Positions 38,801-50,675 of a DNA stretch of 64,000 nt are shown here, piece by piece. The DNA is from Azolla caroliniana. Lineage: Eukaryota; Plantae; Polypodiophyta. A program made the translations under genes and the position numbers. The notes under the pieces are model-generated. The model was not told the DNA's origin. It made no database searches and was given only the letters and a program-made list of their open reading frames with translations. Positions within the stretch are counted from its first letter, which is position 1; every line of letters starts with the position of its first letter. The DNA lies in assembly GCA_043228905.1 (NCBI GenBank), contig JBHGNT010000001.1, positions 2,728,001 to 2,792,000 on the forward strand, written 5' to 3'.

Positions 38801-41800
38801 AGTAGTTAGGCCACACCCATTTATCCGATTAGTTTAGCTCAAGTCACCTTGAACATTCTATGATCCACTTATAGATATGTACTAGATTTTGGTTGTGGTT
38901 ATATACTTTGGGATCCTTATTTATCGTATCTATGTGGGATATCTCGTAGTTTTGTGACATATAGGTATTATTGGATAAAAACTCAAGACAGTAAGATTCA
39001 AGAACATGAATAATGACTTTCATAATTTCAACCTTTCAACATGTGAATTGTGATATAAGGTATTAAGGTTGTGGAAGAACATGGGCATGAATAACTAGCG
39101 ATATTGACAAGTTAAGAATATTCAATCACGAGATCTTGGACCACATAATGGGAATGGATTTTCAAACTTGACATCAATTGTTCTTGTCCTAAAAAATAAC
39201 ATGACTCGCCCTTGCGGCACTCTAAAAGAATATGTAGATATTGTCCCAACATGTGTGTAGATGTGAGAATAGGTAGTTATGACAAATCATGAATGGTATA
39301 GGTTTGTATTCTACGCACATCTCTTGACAATACAAATGTGAACTAGGCATCATTGCTTATGTCATTATTGTTGACGTTATTCATTTTATCATTACATGTT
39401 TAATCAATGTTCATGTCATTAAGTATGAAACATTCTAGTATGAATGACATTCTTCTTTAACATCAATGAACATAGGGTGAGAAGCAACTACGATTAGAAA
39501 GATTGAGAATCAAGGATTCGATAATATAGATCTATTATCCAATTTATGTCTTGATACAAGTTCTCTCATATCACGTGTCAAAGTTTTGTATCCATCTTCG
39601 TTTTGCATTCTTCGGATAGTCTATTGGTAAGTTCACAAGGTAAACATTTCTTAATAATCACAACTGCAATAATAGTTCTTATTTGGTTGCTAAAATTGCT
39701 TTACCTATGCTTTGTTGAGCCTAAATTCAATCCTACTTTACCCAAACATTTGCACATATAGGCTTATAATCATTTTTGTCCAACAATTTTATCTTGAAAC
39801 CCTTAGACGACATCAAACCTTCATGCAAACAGTTAATTCACACCAAAAGTCTAAATACCTCCTAACGACTCTTGTCATGGTGAGCCCGACGTACTTACAT
39901 ATTGTTAGAGCTTATGCGGCTATAACATTGTGAAATAATGTCAAAAACCACATTAACTACATTAAATGACAAACTCTTGATTTCGTGGAATATATATTAT
40001 CAACTTGTGTCTCTTCCTTTTTGTTTGTCTTTGTCCACGTATCGATCTTACCTTTCTCTTTCCATATAAGTAAGGACACAACCATGACCAAACTCTACCT
40101 ACTTAGTCTTTTCTATTTGATGATATAATAGATAGTGATGAATGTTTGATTCCTTGCAAGCGATCTATTTTTAGGTTCTAGGAAAAGTTTATTTATTCGA
40201 TTACCTTTATAAATAAAAGCTTGTTTCTAGCTAGTATTTGAAATAAATAAAGAGCTTTCTCTAATAAATAATAATTATCCCTATATTTGAAATTTCCATG
40301 CAAGCAAAACAAAACTTTTTACAACACTATACACATAAAATAAAGCGCATATTTTAGTCATGGGCAGCACATGCAATGTGCAAACTTAGATTTTCTATCA
40401 CAATTTTCATCTTGTCTAGTAACAATATCAAACCATTGGCGTGCATGTATTCGTGACAATGTTGAAATAAGTACAAGCATAATCGTACTAACAAATAGGT
40501 TGTCATAATAATAGGTTCATCAAGCGCACTCATGTCATGTTTTCTATCAATGAAACAGAAGTTGGAAATGATGTAGATGTTTGCATAATGTGCATTGCCT
40601 TTCAACCCATACTTGATCTAAAGAGAATGTTAATGTATCACACAATTTTAACCTAAAAGAGGTAGAATATTGTTGCCAAAACTAGATGAGTACGGTTTCC
40701 TAGATACACAGACAATCTTATTTGGAATAACCCTTACAAACCAGGGAATGATTTGTGCATTTACCAATATCAATCTATGAATTTTCGAGGAATCTTTAAA
40801 GCCAAGAATGTAATAATTTGGGAGTCGTGTCAAGGTTGGGTTTGTTGTCCCCAACATCACTAGCATGACTTCCTTAGTGTCACTTGGAAGTTAGGAGTCA
40901 TGCGGATGCTTACAAACCTTCTAACTTTATTTAGCTAAAAGGATGGGAGAAAATTCGCACCTGCGTTTTTTTAATGGTGGATTAAGTCTAATAAAAAATA
41001 TCAAAATGACATATACACTAAAAAACGTGTCACATCAAGCTTGAATATAACTATTTGCCTAAAGTTTGCTAGAAGTCCAAGACTCTTTCGGGCTATCTAT
41101 CGCTTCTGAATATCAAATTTGAGTACACAATTTGAACCTCATTTAAGAAAGCTTTCAAGTGGGGCCTAATGAAAATTTATGGTTAGATTTCTCAATCTAA
41201 AGAAAAATAGTTTGAATTGTAGAGCAAATGCTAAAGCAAATAATCCTGGCCAACAATATTTGTCGCCCAAACTTCATGGTTAGTAAAAAATGTAAGACAT
41301 CCTTAATTATTGTTGTTGTTGTTTTTAATCAAAATTGGAGACATAGGTGTTTAGGTGATCACGTCCATGCAAAGAGGAATGCAAGAAAAAGGGTTTATGT
41401 TACTAACTAAATTAAAAGAGGTTAAAGGAGCAGATTTTTATGTGTCTGAGGAGAGTGATTCATTCTATTTTTTGATGGTGTAGGGGCTGAAGCATACTTT
41501 CATGAGGGGAGAAGGAGAGCACATTGGATGTTGGTCATCGCGTCTTCCAATCTCAAGGACCTTCATAGTAAAAGATGACATTGTTGATATGGACAACGAA
41601 GCACATTATCTATTTCGGACAAGGATGAGTGACGATGGTATCGGGGGAAGAAGCATAATTTCATGATGGGATCCGGAGAGTAGTGTCATTATGTTTTTTG
41701 TATGTACAGGGCTTTCGTGGTCTACGACGAGGGATGGTTGAGGTGGACTTTGGTGGTAATCGGATAGATGTTGGATGGGGAAAATAAAATAGATTCTTTG

Positions 41801-42099
41801 TTTGATAAGGATGAGTCATGAGGTTGGCGGGGGCTGAAGCATACTTCACGATGGGAGAGTACACACTCATTTTCTTTTTTTGTTCTATGAGTGTTGATGG
41901 TGTGGACTTGGAAGCATTTTCTTGAGGGTCGACGAGAGTACATGTTTTGAAGCTTGGAGATTTTTAATGTTTTTAAGACACAACAACTCAGGCCAAATGT
42001 GTTGCTGTCATCGGAAGACATTGCTTGACTTCAGACATTGGAATTAGTTGATAAAGTGATCACATTACAGGATTTATGAAGCTAGTTGGTTTTGTAGGC

Positions 42100-42665
42100 A
42101 TTTTTGTTGTCAAAGGTTGAGGGCAAATGTGGAAAAATGAAGTTCAAAAAAGTTGGATACTCTGAGATGTTGTTTATATGTTGACTATGGTCTTCAGTAC
42201 TTTTGTCTGCAACATGAAGTTTTTAGAAACCATGACAAGGGGAAAGGAAGATGTGTTTCAAACGCTTCTAACTACAAATGTGGCCATTTGGAATGCAATC
42301 ATGATAGAATGGACTTGTTTTTACATGTTGGAGATTGTTTTTACCTTTACATGTGGTCTCCTAGCTTGCCGTAGCAAAGGCTTGTGGAAGTGTGGAAGCT
42401 ATTGACAAGGGAAAATAAATTCACGGTGACATTGCGGATATGGCTCTTGTGGATAATGATATGATGGTATTGGGCAATGCTTCGATGGACATGTATGACA
42501 AATGTGGTAGGTTTGGAACAGCCAAGGAAGTGCTAGAAAAGTTTGTTTTTCAAGATGTGAATAGTTTGGAATGCACTCATTATAACATATGTCCAGCATG
42601 GACAAGGCCACAAAGCACTTGATTCATTTGAACAAATGCAAAGCATGGGCATTTCTCTAATTTGG
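42100..42665 (+). pseudogene. Pentatricopeptide-repeat (PLS-type) gene relic
   Basis: Fragments ..EDVFQTLLTTNVAIWNAIMI.. and VLGNASMDMYDKCGRFGTAKEVLEKFVFQDVNS[frameshift]..QHGQGHKALDSFEQMQSMGIS match the PPR consensus (NAL.DMY.KCG....A..V.....RDV.SW); multiple frameshifts. Confidence 0.8.
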
Positions 42666-43265
42666 ATAATGGTATGGCATCATTGTAATTTCTTTGCCTA
42701 TAAAGATTGGTGAGGGGTTTTTTTCTTACTTATCTTACCTAGAAAGACTGGCTAGAGTCATTCGGCATGGCTTTACAATATTCGAAGTAATACTAGCCTA
42801 TTTTGTACATGGCCTCTGGCCACTTTCATTTTAATACCAATGGGGGATATTTTTTCAGGAATAAAAAAGGTTACTTTTCCTTGCACAATCACAAGCAACC
42901 AAGGAAGTTGAAGTTGTAAATTAGTGTTTGAGCAATGGTATAGTCATTCATGAGAAGCGAGTTGATTTCTTTTATTACAAAGTACCCTTTCACATCAAGA
43001 TAGAGGAAGAAGAGAAATAGTGTCGGTGCATCCATTTGTCTCAAATTCAAGAGAGATATATGGAACGGAAGACCAAACATGATCTATGGGATGGGACCAA
43101 GCCCTTGGCTAGGATAACATTTGGGTTCTCCTTGAATTATGAATTATGACATGGGGAGGGGATGGAGGGGGGTTAGAGAGAGGAGAGAGAGAATGATGTT
43201 AAATAAAACACGTGTGGTTCATGATGTACCCCTACAAGCTAGAGGTGTAGCTTGGTATATTGATT

Positions 43266-43831
43266 ATTTACCCGTTAAGCCTAAACCGTTTTGGGCTCTC
43301 AAACCTGAACCGAACCAATCCCTAATCCGGTTTAGGAACCGGTTTGGGACAAAAAAGATGAAGAAACCCAAAAAACACCACTACAACTTCCTCCTACTCT
43401 TCTCCTCCTCCTCATAACTCCCACCCCCTCGGCCTTACCATCGATGAGTCCAAATTCAACTCCAAGTCCGACCTCCACGACTCCCTCTCCATACACTACT
43501 ATGATTTGTCAGCTGACATCCATGAATCCCTTGTCAAGCTCCCTCTCCCTCTTTGTCCCTCCCTCTCTTGTCACTCAACAGTTTGTTGTCTATGGCTTCT
43601 TGTCTCTCTATCAACTTCCAAGTTATAACTTCTATCTTCTAAATGTCTAATTTCTAACTTTCTAAACCCTAATTCTTAAATCACATAAATGGCTTAAACG
43701 GTTGAGCCTTGCCAAACCGAGATCAAACTATTTAGGTAGGCTCAAGCCTAAACCAAGCTGAGTCGATAAGCCGTTTAAAAACCAGTTTAGCTAAACGGTT
43801 TAGGCTTGAGCCGAGCTGTTGCCGATCCCTA
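43266..43831. mobile_element. One-ended hAT-like element at the duplication junction
   Basis: AACCG/AAACGG subterminal motifs. Right terminus GTTGCCGATCCCTA reads TAGGGATCGGCAAC on the other strand, an Ac/Ds-like TAGGGAT end. No left TIR found. Confidence 0.65.
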
Positions 43832-46090
43832 TCACACTCTATGTGTTTGATTGAGAGAGAGAAAAAGAGAGAGGTTTTTGTGGGTGTTTGTTAGCATTTC
43901 CTACAAAAGGTCAATACACTCTTTTGTGGCAAAAATATTGACAAATTTGGTGCTGCAAATAAAGCCATTGGTTTTTAGTTAGGGAGAAGACACTATATAT
44001 GTGTTGGTGGTGCAAAGGTTGATTGGTTTTTTTTGTGGTGTTTGTTATGCCCTTGGCAAATTCAATGGTTGTGAAGCCACTTGCTTTTAGTTAGAACCAC
44101 CCAAGTCTTATTAGCAATGCATGAGTTCACATTGTAGTTATGAAATGTATGTGTTATACAGAAGACATCGTCAAAGATTAACAACCTCCAGGTTGTAGAG
44201 CAAGAGCTCATTCGCACATGTTTTTAGACCATCAGATTGTGAATTTCAAAACTATATAATTAACAAATGTGAACGGCCAAACATATGATATATACTCAGG
44301 GCAATGCTTTTCGAAATTGTGCATTAGCATAGGTGATGTCTTGTTGGAAACAAAGTAGGGCAAGCAAGGTTGATAGAACATGAAGGATGAGGGTGCACAC
44401 AATCCACACATTACCGTAACATAGCAATATTGACTCGAACTTGAAATGATAGGAATCTTTCCAATCGAACATGTGGGTGTCCATTGTCTGCAACTTTTAC
44501 TTACCTTGTTTCTGTAATCCCCTCCCCCGTTACACCGTACATGCATTAAAATCACTCGTGTATAATCTCCTGATCCAAAATTATTGTCTAATTTATAACA
44601 ACCTCATTGTAAACCCCTAGCAAAGCCCCCTCCTTTTATGCTACATATCTCCACTCTCCACCCTCAGTTTCAATTATTTTCTTAAAAGATAGAGTTTCCT
44701 AGGGACTTTGATATTTCTTAAAGAGGATTTTGTTATTGAGGATGGTTAATTCAAGTCCAACACATTTCTAAACTTATGACTCGTAGGCAAAGGCATCATT
44801 TATGCATCGTATTTTAGCATATGAAGACCCATCAATTTCTCTTAATCCCCAAAGTTTTCTACCTCTTATATATAAATTACATTTTTTTAATTTTTTTTTC
44901 CAAAAAAAATAAATTACAAAATTAACGGCGTAGCCCTAAACCTTGTAATAATTTATTTCTACTTCCTAATTCTTTTTAGGAGGGATTCAAGGTCCTGCTG
45001 ATGCTATATATGTGTGTGAGAATTTACCTTGTTTGTGGTTAATTTGAATATTGCATGCGTATTGTATGGCGTCAATTCTTCGATAACATGTTTATGTTGA
45101 TCGCTAGGCAACAACTAGCCAAATATATTTTATGGTGCAACAAGACTTGTCCAAAGACAACATGTGTAGACATTTGGTGAGCGTTTTTTAAGCCTAACAT
45201 TTAACTGCATCTTATTGTTGTTCAATACCATTCGATCATGGGGCTTTTACATCACCTCTAAGCTTTCCAAGTGCTAATATAAGTTGATACAAAACACACA
45301 CACACACACACACACACTAAAAAAGAGGAAATCCTAGATTATAAAAGGGTTATGTAATTATTGAATAACATCATATTATATGGATGGAGAACCAAATAAA
45401 GAATGAAACACATAAGATACTCCATTCTCGAAACTCATTTACAATGTGTACCTATGAGAGGATGCGTATTTATTGAGCATACAAGGGATGGATGACATCT
45501 CGGTACATAACAAGTGTCCATAATGGTTCATCACCATTTACAAGTCATCAAACATGTACATGTCCTCATCAAACTCATACAAGTCCTCATTGCTGTCCTC
45601 GAAAAATTTATATGGTGGTTGATTTTGTTTTCGATCCTACCACATAATGCAAAAAAAAAACTAGTATTAGGATTAATGCAAAAAAAAAAACCAATACTGG
45701 GATTCAATCATCCCTTATCCAATGGAAATATGCATTGAAAAATATAATCCTTTTCTTAATTTCCCCATTCCACATCAAGAATGACATAAACAATACATTT
45801 AACTCTATCATTATATCTTCTATGCTACCCATTGCAACGTACCCCCCAACAAGAAGAGCTAAGCCGACTCCATGCCTAAAAACCAATCAATGAGAAACAA
45901 ACCTATTTCAGGTGTTTACATTATATAACTGACTATCCCATCATTGACACAACCCAAACAATTGGCTAGTAGCCCACTATGCCATAATTCCCACAATACT
46001 AATTTACGAAGAATTCATACTCAACTCTTGGAAGAAATGTCCACTCGGATCAACTTACTAAGAATTCCTAGTCGTACTTACGAAGAATTC

Positions 46091-48698
46091 CTACTTGGAT
46101 AAACTCAAACACCAAATCGCACACACGAATTTGATGAATCCTGGGGCGTGTGTTTGGACAGATATATACTCAAATAATATTGTCAAATCTGCACATACCT
46201 TGGGTAAGAAGCGCATCAAACCTGCAAGGCCAGCCCCATCTTCTGTATCACCCATGTTATCACTATCATGCCCAAAACTGGTACCAGTGTCACTCGTGTC
46301 ATCATGGCCCTCTTCTTCTTCTTCTTCTTCATCCTCATCTTCTTGTCGCATCTTGGTGAACAGGCTGGTGGGGCGACACAGTACGTTCGTCTTGAAGAAA
46401 GCGATGAGCTGCGACTTGAGAAGCTTGACTTGCACCTTGTTGTTTTGAGTGGATTCCCATGAGGACTTATACTCTTCCACAAACGACTGCAGGTGCTTTG
46501 CCTGCTCAGATGCAGAGAAATCCCTGCAGAGTCGAGAGTAGCTCTCCACGGAGAGGGAATCGTCCCAGGACTCCCGAGTGGGCTGGAGAGCCTTCGCATA
46601 TAAGATGACACCTAAGACTAGCAAAGAGTATGACATGACTAGGGCCGATGTCCCTCTCATTTGGGCAAAAGCGGACACTACAAGCACCCCGAGTACCGCG
46701 ACTGCGGCCGCCCCGGCCGTGAAGACCGAGGCCGTAATTGTGCCTGCCAGCCCGATGGCCGCCCCCACATTGTAGAGGAGGTTCTTCAATACCCCGTGCC
46801 CTCCCTCGGTCAAGAAGAACTCCCTCAGTATCGCCTTCTCCATGTCCACCGGAACCCTCCAAATCTTGCCCAAACCTTTGGTCACCGCTAACAACATGTA
46901 GCCTAGTTGGGTCTGTTGCAACACTGGCATTGCCCCTAGTAGGCATGTGCCGAACAACTCCGACCTACAAGGTTACAGCCAAATAAGCATCATCATGTGA
47001 TTCGTATATCGATAATTGCGCATCATACCCGACAACTTGCATGCCAGCTTTAGGATTAGACTTTAGTAAAAGAGATGAGAAATTGGTCCATGTTGGACAC
47101 CATTATGTGTTCGAAGAGGAGTTAACCAGGGAACGGTAGACATAATTAAATAATTCTGAATCAAAGCATGCATTTGCTCTTTGGACATGACTAAAACCAC
47201 TTCGGCAAGTAAATGCATACACACACATATAAAATCTAACACATGGAAGACCATAATAGGTTTACCATGTCAGATAAATGTTCGTTTGGCAGGTTATCCT
47301 GGCCAAAGGCTCTCCTCTACAATTGGTTTTCCAAAGAAATCCAACACAAATGGTTGTCAACATCCTCCCTCTAATAGTTGATCACAAAGGATAAATGGGT
47401 GAGCCAAGTAAATGGTACCACCTGAATTTTGCAATTGGGGTCATATATTTCCTTAACCAGCCCATCACTAATGAGGAGGTGTGTACATATTTGGGTGGAC
47501 CTCGTATGTATGTATAGGGAAATTCCCCTTCATTACTTGATCTCTACCCAACCAACTAGACATCAATGTAATCCTTAATCACCAACGTAGGAACATACAA
47601 AAAGCCAAAGAATGGAAAGCAAGTGTAAGAGAAGACTTGTTCATCATCATCATACACCACAAAGATGACTTGAAATTGAACCCACAATCCAAAGTCCAAT
47701 GAAGCACACGATTTATTGTGGCCAGACCAAAATGAAATAGTGATATACCTCTTGAGGCTGATGATGAGTTGTGCAGAGGCATTGAGCTTCTCATTAAGGT
47801 CGGTGGCTTGGCAAGCTATCCACGTTGCATGGAGTTCCTTCCCGATTAGGGCCTTGGTTTGTTGTGTGAGGTCCTTGAGCCCAACAAGGTCACGTTGCCC
47901 CTCGATGGAACCATCATCCAATTGTTGCACATCGTTCCCTAGCCTCACCATTGTGTCACGGGAACGTTGTCGCTTGACGGGATCCGAGATTCGTCCCAAC
48001 AATGTCTCCAGCCTCGAACCTTCCACATTCTTCTTCACCAACTTCTCGTGGTCGTTAAAAGTCATAATGAGGAGGACCGGTAGGTTGGGGTAGTTGTCGA
48101 GCATCTCGAGTAGGCCACCATCTTCAAGGAACCTCGTGTCCGCGGCACTGAAGATGTACCAAACCACATGGATCTTCTGGCTAAAGTCTTGGTTCATTTG
48201 ATGTTCATCGAGGAAATGTTTAATGTCATCAAGCCGGCTCGCTCCAAGCACATCCATGCCGTTGCTATCATGGAAGATCAATGGTAGATCTGGGTCGGGA
48301 TGGTGCCATTCTAATGTTATGTCTTGGACACCCGCCGTCCCAACGGCTATAGTTTTGGGCCCTTTCTCTCCCACCACTAGCCTTATGACCGTAGTTTTAC
48401 CAGAACCCGACCGACCCACCACCATAATTCTCACATGTTTGAATATCTTATCCAGCGTCCCCTTCACTTCAGTGGACTCTGTAATTTTGGAATACAAATT
48501 CTCCAATGTGCTCAAGTTGTCGGTGTTCATGTTATTCGGATCTTCTTCCATCTTTATATTGCTACTAACCTTCTTGGATTTGCTGCTAGATGGATTGCGA
48601 GTAGAAGGGGAAGAAGGCTCATCCTCTATAGTATTGCTCTCTTTCTTCTTCTTCTTTGAAAATGGCTTCATCAACTTAGGGAATGATAAGATGGGCAT
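46091..48698 (-). CDS. P-loop (TRAFAC, MMR_HSR1-like) GTPase with C-terminal hydrophobic helices, copy B, ~607 aa
   Basis: Exons 48698-47749 and 46964-46091 (1824 nt) with the same intron position and phase as copy A. G-domain protein identical to copy A; longer acidic tail. Confidence 0.88.
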
Positions 48699-49295
48699 GA
48701 CTGAAGGAATATATAGGATTAGATTTTAAAGGAGAGAGAGTATTAATTACATGCAAAAGTGTAATTAGGCTTTGGGGTTATGGCAAGGAATCCATGCTAA
48801 TCCTAGATGGATTAGCAAGCTTGTGTGTTAGGGAGACAAATGAGTGAAACCTAAACAAAATACAAGGAAAGGATTTTCCTTTTTTGGGGGGCTGGGGGGT
48901 GGTGCAAGACTTCACTAGGTCTCATGATAACAAACATTTTAGTCAAGCCAATGTGGTTGGATACCATGGAATGAAGCTCTGGCAAGGCAATTAGTGTTTC
49001 TAATTGCTTTGTGTTTTCCTTGCATTTGGCGTAAGGAACATTAAAAACAATCTAGGTGCAACCTATTCTTTTAATTGCTTGAATTTCAAGCCCCTTAATA
49101 TCCATGTTGATAAGAAAATGCCTAATATGATAAAGAAAATTCAAGTTTGACATATTCTCGTAGAACTTCTGTGATTGTTTTAAAATACTCTTGATTGATT
49201 TAAAAAGATGCTTTGAGAGCCTAATTGACTTTTTTTCGGCTTTAGAAGGGCTTTTTGGCTTTTCTTAGTTATAGATCCTAAAGACATAAGGGGAC

Positions 49296-50096
49296 CAGTG
49301 TTGCCTTTTGACGGCTAATATTGCCTGTCATGAGAACAGTATTCCAAAAAATTTGCATGTCAAATGACGATTACTCAAAAAAATGTCCTTCAAAAAGAAA
49401 ATACATCGAATATTTGTACTAAACAATATATTATATCCTTCTGTCCCTTGCATCTTTCCAAATTTCATATACATGATCTCATTGTATTTCTTCAATGTGT
49501 GGCCCATTCAATGAGACTCGCATAAAATCATTTAAATGTTCTATATTCAATCAATTTCTTTTCATCTCTTTGATGAGATTTTGATCAGAGAACCCTCTCT
49601 CACACAAAACCGTGCTAGATGGAATAACCAAAGTAGCATGCCATAATTTCATCAAATGAGGGAAACTATCTTTCTAATCCTTCATTTCACAAAACATATG
49701 CCTAGCTTCATGCATAGTATAGCCTTCACAATTTAAACTTAAAGTGTCAACAAACCTATAGAGTTCCATTTCACAAGCCTTTGCATCAGGTAACTTTTGA
49801 AGACATGCATTGACATCGACATTTGGTTGTAAGTGAGAAATCAAAATTCCCAACCATGACTTCGCTTTACTATCCCTAATCACATCATCATTTGCATAAT
49901 GGCATGGGCTAAATAATTTTGCTACATTGAAGAGGCTTAAGTCAGGGAACCTTGCATATAGTCCATCAATAATTTTTTGCACATAATTTTGAGATAGTTT
50001 AATACAACTTTCAAGTGATCCATCTATAAATGGTCTCATTCCCTTAGATTTTGCAAATATTGGGATTTGTATCATTGTGACTTGCTTTATCAATAT

Positions 50097-50145
<49 letters not shown>

Positions 50146-50496
50146 AAGAGAGGAATGGGCTGAAAATCAAAGAAGCCCTGAGTTTATTTTCAAACTATGC
50201 ATATGTCCGGGCACTTCTTCTCCTTTATCATGTCACATAACATATGTTTACACATTTATCTTTCTCAAATAAAACTATACGCTATGGCCTATAAATTGTA
50301 ATTTGTAAATACTAATACATGTACTATTGTTTTGGTCTTAGCCAAATTTGACAGTATTAACAAATTTTAAACCTTCATTTTTACGTTTTTATAAAATATA
50401 ATCCCTGCAAGATTGACGGTTTTATTATCAAATTAACCTTCATATACGGTTAAATTTGCCAAAAACGGTCAAAACGGCCGTCAAAAGGCAACACTG
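49296..50496 (-). mobile_element. Internally deleted hAT DNA transposon (1.2 kb)
   Basis: Perfect 20-bp TIRs CAGTGTTGCCTTTTGACGGC (49296-49315, 50477-50496). Minus strand encodes a hAT dimerisation-domain remnant FPHLMKLWHATLVIPSSTVLCERGFSDQNLIK..RN*L with stops. Absent from the paralogous site at ~32171. Confidence 0.93.
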
Positions 50497-50675
50497 AATG
50501 TAGGGGAGTATTTTGGTAATTACTGAAATGTTGGAGATTTCGTAAAACGTTGGGGTATTTTTGTAAATAACCCTAATTAGAGTCATTAAATTTTAATACA
50601 TATTATTACTGCACGGCGTATTGGAGTGAAAGCCTTCCCTGCTCGATTTCACAGTCAGTGGTAGAAACGCAGTAA

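Larger units (their letters stand above)
26757..43265 (+). repeat. Segmental tandem duplication, unit 1 (paralogous to 43834-61532)
   Basis: 26757-36705 aligns with 43834-57705 and 38955-43265 with 58635-61532, in the same orientation, including intergenic DNA, the GTPase and TAD1. Confidence 0.95.

Noticed and set aside
40350-40375. FSHGQ peptide suggesting a Helitron helicase
   Set aside because: The following LYVALSR motif is missing and no other Rep/Hel motifs were seen.
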